Shown here piece after piece: positions 27,950 through 44,504 of a stretch of 64,000 nt of DNA. Positions within the stretch are counted from its first letter, which is position 1, and each line of letters starts with the position of its first letter. A model generated the notes under the pieces. That model worked only from the letters and a program-made list of their open reading frames with translations. It was not told the DNA's origin and did no database searches. The stretch is from the human T2T-CHM13v2.0 reference genome, Homo sapiens. The position numbers were made by a program, and so were the translations under genes. The stretch lies in the NCBI RefSeq assembly GCF_009914755.1, contig NC_060938.1. One strand, written 5' to 3'.

Positions 27950-30419
27950 AAGTTTGGTGGATTTCTGGAGTGGTAACATTTTTGTGTGTTTTCATGTTGG
28001 TAGTAGTTATCATTCTTTCACTTCCAGGGCTAGGACTCACTTAAGCATTTTTTTTTAGCACTGAATTTAACACTAAAAAAAGATGAGTTATCTCAGCTTT
28101 TGCTTGTCTTGGAAAGACTCTTTTTCCTTCATTTATGAAGGATAACTGCTGAGTATAGTAGCCTTGGCTGACAGGTTTATTTATTTATTTTTTTTCTTTT
28201 TTTTCCCCAGCACTTCTAATATATCTTCCCATTCTCTACTGGCTTATAAGTTTTCTGCTTAGAATCCACTGTTAGTCTGATGGGGGTCCCTTTATAAGTG
28301 ACTACACACTTTTCTCTTGCTATTTTTGTCTTTGGCTTTTGATGGTTTGACCAAAATGTGCTGTGGAGAAGACCCTTTTTTATTGTTTCTGTTTGGGGAT
28401 CTGTAAGCTTCCTGTATCTGGATATCTAAATCTCTTGCTAGACTTGGAATGTTTTTATCTTATTATTTCATTAAATATATTTTCTAACCCTTTGATTTTC
28501 TTTTCACCTTCTGGGACTCTGAAAATTTGAATATTTGATTGCTTTATAATGTCTCATGTCACATAAGCTTTGCATTTTTTTATTCTTTTTTTGCAATTTT
28601 TGACTGACTATGTTATTTCAAAAGATCTGTCGTCAAGTACTGAGGTTCTTTTTTTTCTGCTTAATCTAGTCTATTGTTGTTGCTTTCAAATGTATTTTGT
28701 ATTTCATTCAATGAATTCCTCACTTCTAATATTTCTGTTTGTTTCTTTTTATAATTTCTATCTCTTTGGTAAATTTCTCATTCATATTCTGATATATTTG
28801 TGTTGTTTTTCAGTATTTGGTTGTATTTCACTGAGCTTCATTAATCAACATTTTGAATTCTTTTTCTAGGATTTTGTATATTTCTTTTTGTTTGGGATCT
28901 GTTGCTGGAGACTTAATTCTATTCCTTTTAAGATGTCATATTTCTTAGTTTTTTCATGGTTTCTATGTCCTTACATTACTATGTACACATCTGATGTAAC
29001 AGTTGCTTCTTGAAGTTTTTTGAGTTTACTTTCATGGGGACGGACTTTTTCTGAAAATGTATCTGTAGTGCTGATTGGGTAGGGCATTTTGACTTTGATT
29101 CTGGGTGCATGTAGTAGTATAGTCTCTGTATAATGTCTTTGTCTGTAAACAGCATAAGTTGTGTCTGTGATTTCCTCAATAACTTAGGGTACAGTTGTTA
29201 ATGGAGGCTCTGCTGAACTTTTGCTGGTGCCTAGGAGGTGGGCCAATCGTCGAGTCCAGTGGTAGCAGTGTTGGACTGAGTCTGTGTGTGTCTGGGCCTC
29301 AGGGCAGCAAACACCAGCACTTGTGCCAGCAGGTCCTGGCAGGTTAATTCTGGGGCTACAGGTAGCTTGCTTGGATACCAGTAATGTTGGCAGTGGGCTG
29401 TACAGTTGTTGGAGTCCTGGGCCCTGGGAAGCAGGCATGATAGGGGTGATAGCAGTAACAGTAGTGGGATGACCCTCTGAGTTCTAAGTGGTGTGCACTG
29501 GTGTTGGCCATGGCTATGGTGGGCCGAGAAAGCTTGACCTCTGCCTCCTTGATGGCACATGAAACACTGGCTATGGTGGGCAGGGGCTGAGTTATCCCCA
29601 GACCCCTGGAAGATTGCTCAGGTGGGGATGGCAGTGGCTGCTCTGTGGCTGTGCTCCTGGGGGTGGCGGGATTGCTTTCAGTAGCAGCAGCCACATGCAG
29701 ACGGGTGGAAAACATGCCCTTCCCTTGTGCTTCAGCCGCGGTGATGGCAGCCCACAACAGAGGCACCTGCAGGCCGTGAAGTCTGTCTGGGCATGTGAAA
29801 ATGGGTGATCTTCCTCTGCTGGAGGAAGGGGGTTTGCTGCCAGGTGGCCCATGCTTCAGCCCTGGTGGTAGCAGTTTGCTGTGGCAGTGGCTGCATATAG
29901 GGGATGTTGGTGGGGTTCCAGGAATGTGGAGATGCAAGTGCTGTTGATCCCTAGGGCAGGGTGCAGTCTTTTTGGGACTAGGCTGTCAAAATGGTGTCAT
30001 TATGCATGCTGTAGCTGCGTAGGACTCAGGAGGGTATGTTGGACCAATTGTGGGCTTCGTCCTGAGCACTGCCCTGGCACGGTTTCCAGGCATCTCCTTA
30101 TGTTTGTTTCAGGGCCTGCAAGGGTCATGGGGCTCTTCCATAGCTAGGATTACAGGAGTGAGTCCACAATGGAAATGTGGCTCGTGGGGGATCTCTCACT
30201 TACCCTGCACTGGGGAGTCTCTCCACGCTCCCAACCGGTCCAAACCAAGCAGGTTCAATTTCCTGGTTTTGACAATGATTATTGTACTGTATGTCGTTAT
30301 GTAAGATGTTAGCACTGGGGGAGTCTGGGTGAGCAATACGGAAATAACCTGTACTATTTTTGTAACTTTTCTCTGAGTCTAAAAGGAGTCCAGATAAAAA
30401 GTTAAAACTTTTTATTTTT

Positions 30420-31305
30420 TTCAGGCAGAAGAAAAAAATAAAAACAAATAAAAACCTTCATATACAGTCATATACATGCATAAACACAGGAACCATAGAA
30501 GATGTGACACCAAAAGATTGGCTAGATGATTGAAGCTTAAATAGCACCTCCTTCATAGTGTAGAGGGAATTGGGGGATGTAGGCAATTGTGAGGGTAGTA
30601 AATGATTTTCAGGGGGAATGAATGAGCCCAAAGAATAGATAATGTCCTGGAACAAAGCTTCTCCGAGTTCCAGGGGGAGGTGACAGGAAGGTGAGGGGCA
30701 GAACTTCACTATGAACAATGGTGGTTTTAATTTGCAGATAAACTTGCCCAGGTAATTTCCAGGGACTGCCCTCGGCATAATAGATGAAAAGCCTGCATGG
30801 TGTGGTGACTATTAGTGTTTTCTCTTTTAACGTTTTTGCAACTGTGTTTCAATATGCTTGGTGTTTTGCTTTGTATTTTTATTCCATGCACTTTAAAACA
30901 TTACTCTGGCCAGGGGGCAGTGGCTTACTAATACCAATGCTTTTGGAGGCAAGGTGGGAGAACTGCTTGAGCCCAGGAGTTCAAGACCAGCCTGAGCAAC
31001 ATAGTGAGACACCATCACTACAGAAAATTGGCCTGTGATTTCAAGTGGTTAATCTTTCCTGGTTATCTGATGTGATTCCTAGGGAGGGAGTTTTAAGACA
31101 GTGCCACTTCTTTTGGTAAGAAGTTTCCTCAGTCAGATAAGGAAATTCCAGAGTCCCTCCCTTTGCTTTCAGGGGAGAAACTAGAGAAGATTTAGAAGGT
31201 CCTTGGTTCTGAGACAACTTCTAAGACTTTTCAGTTTCTTTAATTAAAAAGTGCCCAGCATGCAAAAGCACCATACTTTGGGGTATTGTTATCTGTGCCC
31301 CAACA
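30420..31305 (-). mobile_element. ERV1 solo LTR of the MER34/MER39 group, interrupted by a plus-strand FLAM (~30908-31030)
   Basis: Reverse strand begins TGTTGGGGCACAGATAACAATACCCCAAAGTATGGTGCTTT, typical of this LTR group. Confidence 0.7.
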
Positions 31306-32121
31306 CCATCCACATAAAAAGATCAAAGTAACTACCTTGCTTGCTGATTTCCATATTCCAGTGAGTTTCTGTGCTCTTTGTTTGGCATTCTCGAAACAAA
31401 GGGCCTTTTAGATCTGTTCTTTCAGTACAAGTTGATGACACACATAATCAAACTTGCCACCTATTTCCCAAATGTATACCTCATTATATCTTCAGTGAGA
31501 CCCTCATTCTGAGCCCTGAAATTAGGTGCTCAAAAAAAATTTTGCTTTATTGCATCAATTCCTTTTCCAGTCTTCTAATGGAGCTCCCTCCTCTGTATGG
31601 TGAGCCCATTAATGTGAGCATCAAGGCAATGAGAGGAGACATCTTCCTATTTGCATTCAAGTCAAGTCTGAGAGAAGCATGAGCAGAAGCCATCTCTAGG
31701 ACTCATGTGAACATTTAGTCAACAAAGAGGTAGATTTTGCTAAGTGTTTGGGACACTGCATGGTCCCTGTCCTTGTTAGCGGTAGTGACTTCTGCCTTAA
31801 CTGAATTTCTGGCTACCTGTTAGAGACTTCCCCCTAAATCCTTCAATAGCCTTTTCCATAGGAAGACATCTTGCTGCAATATCCCTGGTAAGGAGGTATG
31901 AAGGGTGCTTTAAATATAAGGAAATTCATTTACATACAAGTGTTTCATTGTAATTTCTTTCATTTAGATGTTAATTTTTTTTCCTAAGCTAATGTTTGAA
32001 TTGGTATTAACATTAAAAATAAAAAGTTGCATTAATATGCAACTTTTAAACATACTCTTTATAGTCATTGACCATTTGCAAACCAAATGCATTTTTTATA
32101 CTTAAAAAAAAGAAATCTTCT

Positions 32122-32530
<409 letters not shown>

Positions 32531-32704
32531 TCAGTCTTAATACATGCATACTCCTTTTTAAAATAAATAAGGAGTCTTAAATACAGTTGTATATTTTTGT
32601 CCTGCTTCTATATTGGGCCATGCCATCTCTTATTTAAAGTTTTTCAGCTGTTTTTTCCAATTCTTGTTATAATAAATAATGCTTACATTAGCTGGTCTTA
32701 ATTT

Positions 32705-33795
<1,091 letters not shown>

Positions 33796-34889
33796 GCCAC
33801 AGCCTTGTAATATAAGTTTTTTCCACATATCTAATTATTTCCATAAGGTGGAGCCCTGTAAATGAAATGTGAGCCTTGATTTTTATTGCCAAATTGCTCT
33901 TAAGAAAGCTTAGACCAGAAAGATCCACTGGTGTGTTTAAGACTTGTAGTTTAACATTCTCTTAACTACTATGAATATTTACAGTTTATATTTTTGAACA
34001 TTTATTAAAGACCAACAAAAGACATTTTGTTTCTTTGATCACTAGTGAGTTTCAGTTTTTAAAAATATAACTATTGGCCATTTGTCATAGACTGATAGCA
34101 ACCAATAAAAAATCTCTCATGATTCTGCTAATCTTCATCCTCTCTTTATTTAAAAATAATTTTTTTATGTACAGAAAAGTTGGAATGTATGTCCTTTTGT
34201 TTTAAATAGGGTTTTCTTTGTATTTTTTTCTTTAATCATTTAGATGCAATTTATTAATATCAACATAACTTCATACTAAAGTTTGCCTTTTACTGAAAAA
34301 TTAGAGGCCTATTAGGTGCTACTTTAGATACTGTTTTAAACCCCCAAATTCCATGTAATCTTGGCAAATACATCACCCCACTTTTTAAGTGTTACCTATG
34401 GGAAGAAGAAATGGAATGTCAGAGTACTATGCAGTTTGTAAATGTGAGCAATTACTCTTAGGCAACAGTAATTATAAGCTTAGTGCCATGCTTTGGGACA
34501 GAATTCTGGCATGTGGCCAGTCCTGTTTAAATGTCCCCATCCATTACTCTGACCTGCTTTTGATTATGGTGCGAAGTCCTAGGCTGTTTAGTTCTCATGG
34601 AACCTCCACCCTTAAAATTAGGATGAGCCCTTTGAGGACCAGAAACTGAGAATCTGAGTGGTGCACTTCCCAGGAGAGCCATTCTTTAAACAGTTGGCCT
34701 CTTATTATGTCCACTTTGGCAGACCTGTGTTTCCTTTTAACAAGATAATAAATTTCTTTATTTTTAACATTGAATTCTCCAATCCTTTAGCTCTGTCCTC
34801 TCTTTCTTAGTCATTAGTCAGATTAAGATGTAAGAAGTTGGACAAAAACAAAACCTGAAAAATTTGAACAGTGAGTTTTTTTCCTAGTT

Positions 34890-35390
34890 GTTATTTTAAT
34901 TTAATTTAATTTAATTTAATGTTATGTTATGTTCTAGGATACATGTGCAGGACGTGCAGGTTTGTTACATAGGTGTACATGTGCCATGGTGGTTTGCTGC
35001 ATCTATCAACCTGTCATCTAGGTTTTAAGCCCCATATGCATTAGATATTTGTCCTAATCCTCCCCTTGACCCCCACCCCCTGACAGGCCCCAGTGCGTGA
35101 TATTCCCCTCCCTGTGTCCATGTTCTCATTGTTCACCTCCCACTTATGAGTAAGAACATGCGATGTTTGGTTTTCTGTTACTGTGTTAGTTTGCTGAGAA
35201 TGATGGCTTCCAGCTTCATCCATGTCCCTGCAAAGGACATGACTCACTCTTTTTTATGACTACATAGTATTCCATGGTTTATATGTGCCACATTTTCTTT
35301 ATCCAGTCTATCAGTGATGGGCATTTGGGTTGGTTCCAAGTCTTTGCTATTGTAAATACTGCTGCAATAAACATATGTGTGCATGTGTAT
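34890..35390 (-). mobile_element. 5'-truncated L1PA 3' end (L1PA8-like age)
   Basis: tacatgtgcaggacgtgcaggtttgttacatagg L1PA 3' UTR. Confidence 0.9.
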
Positions 35391-37427
35391 GTCTAATGAA
35401 AATATTAAACTGATGAAAACATTGAGGGTGAAATTTTATGTTGTTAACTGTACTGATGGTGGCACACATGTAACCAACCAAGTCGACTATTTAAAAAAAA
35501 ATAGTTTAAATGTTAAAAATGGTGAAATAATTTTAATTTAAGCTATTGAAGTGTCACTGTTCCATTCTTTGACCTGCTGATATATGATGAAGCCCAAGTC
35601 TGTCTGCTTATTACTTGTATATTTAGCATCCCCATTATACATTGACTTATGGTGTTTTTTTCTTGGGAAAAATGGAAAAGATTTTATTTTTCTTTCTGTA
35701 TGATCAATTAGGGTAATTCTAAGATTTGGATGTGAACATTTTTGTGACTTTAACATATCTTGCCGTGTTGCTTTCAAAAGCAGTTGATACCAATCCACAG
35801 TGCCACCAGCAATATATGAATATATTACGTCTCTACCAAGGGCTGGTTTTTTATTTCAGAAACATTGTTTTTTATATTGGGTTAGGCATGAGATAGTAGC
35901 TAAGTTTTATTTGCTTTGTGTTTCTTTGATTCATGTTTATGATGTCTATTTTTTCTATTAAACAATTTAAATTAACTATTGTAAACATGTTTCAAGCAAT
36001 AAATTATAACTTTACAGATTACTTGTAAAACTATATTTTTACTGTTCATAATTACATTCAGTTCAGATTATGCTATAGATGTCCTCAGGGAAGTATGCAA
36101 CTGAAATATTAATACATAGCCTGCAGATACCATGATAACCAGTGCAAGTGACAAAAAATTGATAGTTAAAGCCCTGTAACTCTTGTAATTGTAGTTTCCT
36201 TTCCCCTTCACAAGTAAAACACCAAGCTTAACTTTCTTTGCCTTGTACACACATGCTTATATATCTTATAATCAGGTGATTGGACTGTACCTGATCTAAT
36301 TACTTTGAGCTTTGAACTATTCGCTGTTTCCCCTCACTAAGAATGTGAAATTTTTATTATAATCATTATTGTGAAAGTATCAACCAAAAATAAAACTATT
36401 TACCTGGAATATTTTAATGATGACATAATTATTTATTGTTACTCTTTGTACCATCCTGGTTAAAACTCAAGAACCAGAACTAATAAGAAAACTTCACACT
36501 AAACATTTAAATGTGAGGAATGGAGTAGGTGGAAGGAAGTCAACCGTATATGGATATAATGTTAATCTCTCCCCCTTTCAACAAAACCTTAGCTAAACAG
36601 CACATCAAGAAATAAAGCATTATGTCTCGTCTGACTAGATAAATAGTTTATTCCTTTAGGAACCAAGTTTTATTTAATGATTTTTTTATTCATAATAAAA
36701 TTTTAGAAACTTATGGGAACATAATATTGTGTGTAATGGCTAAGTAAATGAGCTGATTAATTAACATTAAATCAGCAGTTAATATGTTTAAATCTGGTAC
36801 TGCTATATACTACTTCTGACTAAGTGACTTATCTTCTTTAAATCAAAGTTGCCACATGTATAAAAAAGAAGGAAGTACCTTTTTTTTTTTTTGGTTGATA
36901 TGATTATTAGAGTACTTGGCAAAATGCTTTGCTTTGCTGCATTATATCATTCTAATATGGTGATTGCTGTATTGGTTTTTGGCATCCCGGTATGCTGGCT
37001 CTAAAATATTCTAATTTCTGGTGGTTTAATACCTGTATTTCAGTTCATCCATCAGAAGCTTTATCCACTCTACTTGAGTTTCCAATTCCTCTTCCCTTCC
37101 CCTGACTTTTCTCATCCTGAATTTGCTCATCGAAGTCTTCCTTGCCTTTCTTTGACACACTTCATCTGTAACTCCCTCATCCTTACTCCCCTTCCCTGCT
37201 AAACTTTTCACTTCAGAAGAAAGAGAAAGACAGTTGTGGATTTGACTAGAAGAACACTTTGTAATTATGGATATCTTCACTAGCAAACAATGGAAGTCGA
37301 TGGCTGATAGGAAAACAAATTTAAAGTGCTACATCACAGAGCAAGTGTAGACATACTGCCCGGGGACTAGGGGCCTGAAGGAAGGAGACTGCAGTCCAGT
37401 ATCTTCTAGCTTAGATCTCAAAATTGT

Positions 37428-37746
37428 AGGCATGTGTGGTGGCTCATGTCTGTTATCCTAGCACTTTGGGAAGCTGAGGTGGGAAGATCACCTGAGGTCA
37501 GGAGTTTGAGACCAGCCTGGCCAATGTGGTGAAACCTCTACTAAAAAAAATAGAAAAATTAGCTAGGCGTGGTGGCACGTGCCTGTAGTCCCAGCTACTC
37601 AGGAGGCTGAGGCAGGAGAATTGCTTGAACAATTGAACTCCTTTTAACCCAGGAGGCGGAGGTTGCAGTGGGCCAAGATCATGCCACGGCACTCCAGTCT
37701 GGGCCACAGAGCAAGACGCTGTCTCCAAAAAAAAAAAAAACAAAAA
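37428..37746 (+). mobile_element. AluS
   Basis: Alu dimer with a small internal insertion and an A tail. Confidence 0.93.
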
Positions 37747-38739
37747 CCTGAAAATTGTGATGCATGGTGATTTGCTGAATGAAATGCTCCTGTACCAGAG
37801 GGTTAAATTTAAATAGTACATTAGGATTTTGAATAGAATAAACTTATGTTCATATGGAAAGAGTTTTTTCTATACTTCTGTAATCCTTAAGAGAAAAAAA
37901 AGACAGTGGACCAAAACAGAGCTTTTATTGTAAAAATAATTTTTTTTCAAGTTCAAAGACTTTTTGAAAAAGTAGAGTCTGGTGATGATAGTGGTGAATT
38001 TAGCATGGGAAATTGGACCGGAGTCTCCATCCATACCAATGGAACCGATACTGATGAAGACTGGCTGGAAAAGCTATTTGGGAAATAATAGCAAGAGCTC
38101 TTTTTTAATGAAAAAACTTGACACAAGTTCAAAAATATCTTCCTAGCGTTATCTAACCAGAGATGAGTTTGTTTAAAGCTAGAGTATGAAGAAAGTGTTG
38201 GAATTTAGTTTATAATTATCCCATCACCATTCCCCAAATTCAGAAATATACTTCATTAGCAGCTGGGAAAAGTTACAAAAAAATGTAGTCAGGTTTTGAT
38301 AATGACACACCAAAAGTTTGAATTATCATTAATTTTACAGTTTTTATTATTAACAAAGTAACCTTATTAACACAATTTGTATTTTGTCTACCAGTAATAC
38401 TAAAATGATTGTTTAATATTTTTAGTTTATAAATTTATATTTTATTTACATTTTTGTAATGTTTCTATTTTTGTTCTTGAGATATATTAAATATTTGGTT
38501 TTAATAATTTGTGTTGTTATGAATTCATAACACTTTAAAATAAAGTTATTGGTATCAATATCCAAAGTAAACACTTTTATTTTCTTCCAGTATTCAGTCC
38601 CTCTTTTCAAAGATGTCTATGTCATACTTCGGATGAGACCTAAAAATTAGAGGACTTAGACAAATAAAGAGGGGTTATGGAAAGAATGTTCTCAGCAGAT
38701 TTTTTTCAGATGATAAAAGACTGTGAGTTTGAGCACCTG

Positions 38740-40100
<1,361 letters not shown>

Positions 40101-42264
40101 GGGGCTTTGGATCATACAGAAAAAGAAGCTAGAGTGTGGATGCTGGTGAATTTGTGTGGATGGTGATTAGGTTTGCATCTGAAATGGCTTCTTTATTTCC
40201 TTTGTGTTGTAGACACATTGTCATTTGCCAAGATTGAGGAGAAGGTAGATGAGGAGTGGTTACCAGAGAATAGAGCATGTTTGCCACATCTGCCCTGGAG
40301 AAACGGAGAGAGTTGCTGACCAGGGAAAGCTTGAGGATGAGGATGAATTGAGGTTATTGGTGATGAATTTATAGTGGCCCTATATCTGGGAATTTCTCCA
40401 GCAGCAGAGAACTGCCATGCCACCTGCCCATTGTGAGATATGTGGGGTGTACTTGAGGGGTTCCTAGAAGTTGGTTTTTATTAGAGTCCATGAAGTACGA
40501 GGACCAGGTAATGAGTGTGACTCACACTCTGATGCATCTACTGTTGATCTGTGCTGCAGCGGTACAATATCCTCTGAGGGTATCAAAGCATGTTAAGCTC
40601 TTTGCTCCTTCAGTAAATGGCCCCAGACTGCTGTCTTGTTTCTCTTTAAGTTCTTGTCTGCCTTTTTGTACTATTTCTGTCTCCTCCCTTTCTGTTTTCT
40701 TCCTTGTTGTCAGTTGTTCTATCACATTGCTGTCTGCATGCAAGTCTGTATCAGCCCTACACCCTGGACTTTGTCAACACCTGGAATTATCACACCTCTG
40801 AAATAAAGCTGTGAGCTTGAAGACCAGACAACCAAGCTTATTAGAATTGTGTGCAAAGTAAGAGTAAATAATCTGAGTGTGTTTCTCATGTGCTGTGCTT
40901 TGAGGATATGCATAAGTGTCTGTACATGAATTTTGTGACATTTAGTGGGTTATTTCTTATATATGAGATGTTTGTTGCTTGTATTCCCATTGTGTTTTTC
41001 TTCTTTTGAATTTCCATGGCTTATGATAATAGTCTTAGAGAGCCCTCAACATTTATGATTGTAGCTTTTGTAATTGTGCTTTAGTACCTGCAAAGTATTT
41101 TCATATGCATTACTTAAATTTTAAACTACATGATTCGATATTTATGCTATTTTTTCTTATTATTCTCATGGATTTTCAAATACTTATATTTTGTATGGAA
41201 ATAACATGTATTTTCAAATGTGTATGCATTTTGTGTGATAATGAGATATTATGTCACAATCCAGTCATTTAGCCGTGTCAGATATAAATGAAATACAATA
41301 ATGTATAAATGAAATACAGTAATGTAAAGTAAGCATTTTGGAGGTTTGAAAAACAAATTATCTGTTCCAGTTTTTCATATATTTTCATGTTTTGTGGACT
41401 TCCTCATCTGTGAACATCTCATGTATGTATCAACAGTTTAAATTTTTAAAAGATGTATATGCACAGTAAATATCACTTTTCAACATTTTCTATAAATTAA
41501 CTTAATTTTGATCCCTATCTTTCTTTTTGCAAGAGAAAGGTAAATTCAGCGCCAGTCCTTTGGAGGCTTGTGCTAAGGTTTGGGGCCTTAGGCAAAAGGC
41601 CAGAACATTGAAGAGAGGCCCTAGGCTCATCGGTCACCTGGACACACAAGTTACATTAGCCCTGCACTGTGGGATACCGTGCTATGGCCCAGAGCCCTGG
41701 GTCCTGCCTCCCTGGGGCACTGTGAAGCTCTTTCCTCTGAGCTCCTACTCCACCATACACAGGCCACCTGGGAGCAGAGTGCTGCCCAGAGACTCGCAGC
41801 ACACATCTCTCTCTCCAATCCAGGGACATCTTTTTTAATCTGGTGGAATCCCCCTTTCTTCAAACTCTGTTCTCAATATGTTTAGAATGTTTTTGAAAAA
41901 CAAAAACTAAAAAGCCCTGGCACAAGCCTTCTCTTAGGCAAGGAAGTGTGCACAAATGTAGCCTATTTAAATGGTGGGAGATAGGGAGAAAATACAAATT
42001 TATTTTGAGAAATAGTAGAGTAGTAATCTGTAGAGTAGTAAAAAACTCAACAGGCCACCCGTGTTCAGTGTTATCTTCTCTGGAACTAAACCTGTGTAGC
42101 CAAGTCTTTGTTTTTATAACTAACTGAAGAATATTAATATTTGTTAAATGTTTACATTTTATTGATAAAATTTCTGAGTGACAACCTTAAATACTGAGCA
42201 GAATGTAACATTTTCAAAGTGTTAGGTAGATTTTCTAACTTTGTTTTGTCTTATTTTACCTAAG

Positions 42265-42395
42265 AACACTGGAACTATTTTGGGGCTGATGAGAATCTTG
42301 GTCCAGTGGCTGTGAGCATTCGAAGGGAAAAACCAGATGAAATGAAAGAAAATGGATCTCCGTACAACTACCGAATAATTTTTAGAACTAGTGAG
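42265..42395 (+). CDS. SIPA1L1: SIPA1L1 coding exon, 131 nt: (E)[43 protein letters not shown]
   Basis: Acceptor ttattttacctaag|aa; G+AA completes Glu500 in frame with the previous exon; donor GAG|gtaagt at 42395. Absent from the ORF track because it is short. Confidence 0.96.
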
Positions 42396-43573
42396 GTAAG
42401 TCGCAAATGAGAGAGGTTTGAGGTTTAACTGAAATGGGGAAGAAAGCAAATAGTAGCAGTAGCAAAGCAATTAAATTTAATAGCACATGGTTACAGCTGT
42501 CTTTGGAGTAAGCAAAGTCCCCTTTCATTTATTCTGGTGGAGATCGAGGTGGACAAGATGGTTAGATCTGGACCTCTTCTTTTCATCAGACTCTGAATAG
42601 ATGCAGTCTATGAATGAGGAGTTTTGATTCAGAGAAAGATATGTCCATTAAGTGTGGCCCAAGGAAATTGGAGCCCTCAGATCCCCACTGGGATATTGTG
42701 TATCCTGCTTAGGGCTACTGGAAAGCGCCAAGCCAACTTGAGGAGCCAGGATATTAGATATAAGAGAAGGCCACTGAAGACTTAATTCACTCTTCCAAGC
42801 TCTTGCTGAGCTCATGTCTTCGCCCAAGAAGAAGGAGGGAAAGAGATTCTTGACTTCTTCCACTATCTTTGGGACCCATTGTCTGAGACCTAGAAGGTAC
42901 ATTCTTTGAACCAGGGGCTATCTAATTGTAAGTGAAACAGGCTGTTAGAGCTCTTTAGGAATCTAAATATACACAATGTATGAGTTTTTTATTTTAAAAT
43001 GAAGTTTGGGCTAAAAAAAAAAGACATGGAAAAATAAAAAGAACCCACACAGCATTTTTTTTTTAAAACACCTATGAACAAGTTTGGGACTATGAGGTTC
43101 TCCTTTTTCTTTGTAAACTTGTATAATTGGGCCACTTATCGATTTATTGCCTCTCAGTTGCTAATTCACTTTAGGATTTTTGTTATGCATTAATACTTAA
43201 TACCCTTGAGTCATCTAGAAAATAATGGTTTTGAAACTAGTTTAAATAGGGCATTTGGCTTCATTTCCCCCATTGAATGCAAAGCAAGTTTCCGGGGTTG
43301 GCATCATTTAGTAATAGTTCCTAAGCCTGAACTCCGGGGAAATTAAATATAGGACTTTTAAAGACAAGACTTAAATATCTAATGTGTTGTCTACACTGGC
43401 CAGAGAGAAATGAACTAACATACTCTCATGTGCTTTTTCTCCATGGCAAAGCTAATCATTAAGTGGTGTAAATTATTTTTTTGAGCACAAAGGCACGAAG
43501 AACGTCATGTTCTGTGTTTTGGACTTGTATGCAGGTAGTTGCTCCTCTCTAGCTTCCCAGATCCTAACAGTTT

Positions 43574-43876
<303 letters not shown>

Positions 43877-44097
43877 GTTCCTACCAGTTTTTAGTGATAC
43901 TCTCTTATCTTACTTCCAAGTATTTTTGTCTTTCGCATTCTCTTCTTTTTCCCTTCCCAAGGCCACTCTGATTTAAATACCCATCATATTCTTCCTTTTC
44001 TGTGTTGTTTTTTTGTCCACCTAAATTCATTTCCTTATCACTTGTTCATCCTATCCTTCATGCCAGAGGTTAAAGTTTCCTATGATTCTTTCTGAGT

Positions 44098-44175
44098 CAG
44101 ATCCTGTCACTGGTTTCCATGAGCTTCCCTTCTCAGCAGATCCTGTCACTGGTTTCCACGAGCTTCCCTTCTCAG
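44098..44175. repeat. 39-bp tandem duplication with one mismatch
   Basis: CAGATCCTGTCACTGGTTTCCA(T/C)GAGCTTCCCTTCTCAG x2. Confidence 0.95.
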
Positions 44176-44504
44176 CATGTCTTGCAGGCTCTCCACATCT
44201 GATCCCAGCCCCTGTCTCCTACCTATCTGTCCTAAATTCTGCTCTGGTCTGTGAACCACACCAACTCTTACCTTTCCCACCTCTTTTCTTTCTGCTTTAC
44301 TCCCTTGACCCGAAATGTTCTACTTGAATTCTGTAGTCATAAGATTCTCTTCTTCTCCAGCTAAGCCATTTGAATAAGCTGTGTCCCTTGGGTCTGTTTC
44401 CTTAGCCTTTGACTGAAAGGTTCAAGTCAAGTGTTCAAAAAAACCATTACCACTTGTTTTTTACGTTCAAATTAATGTTCACTTTATGACAACTCTATTA
44501 CTGT

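Noticed and set aside
29184-30304. Cluster of overlapping ORFs up to 193 aa
   Set aside because: Caused by low stop density in the GC-rich L1 5' UTR.
37982-38054. C/D-box snoRNA-like arrangement (GTGATGA ... CTGA, 73 nt)
   Set aside because: Terminal stem is out of register for a kink-turn and I see no recognisable guide; a snoscan or Rfam search would be needed to revive it.
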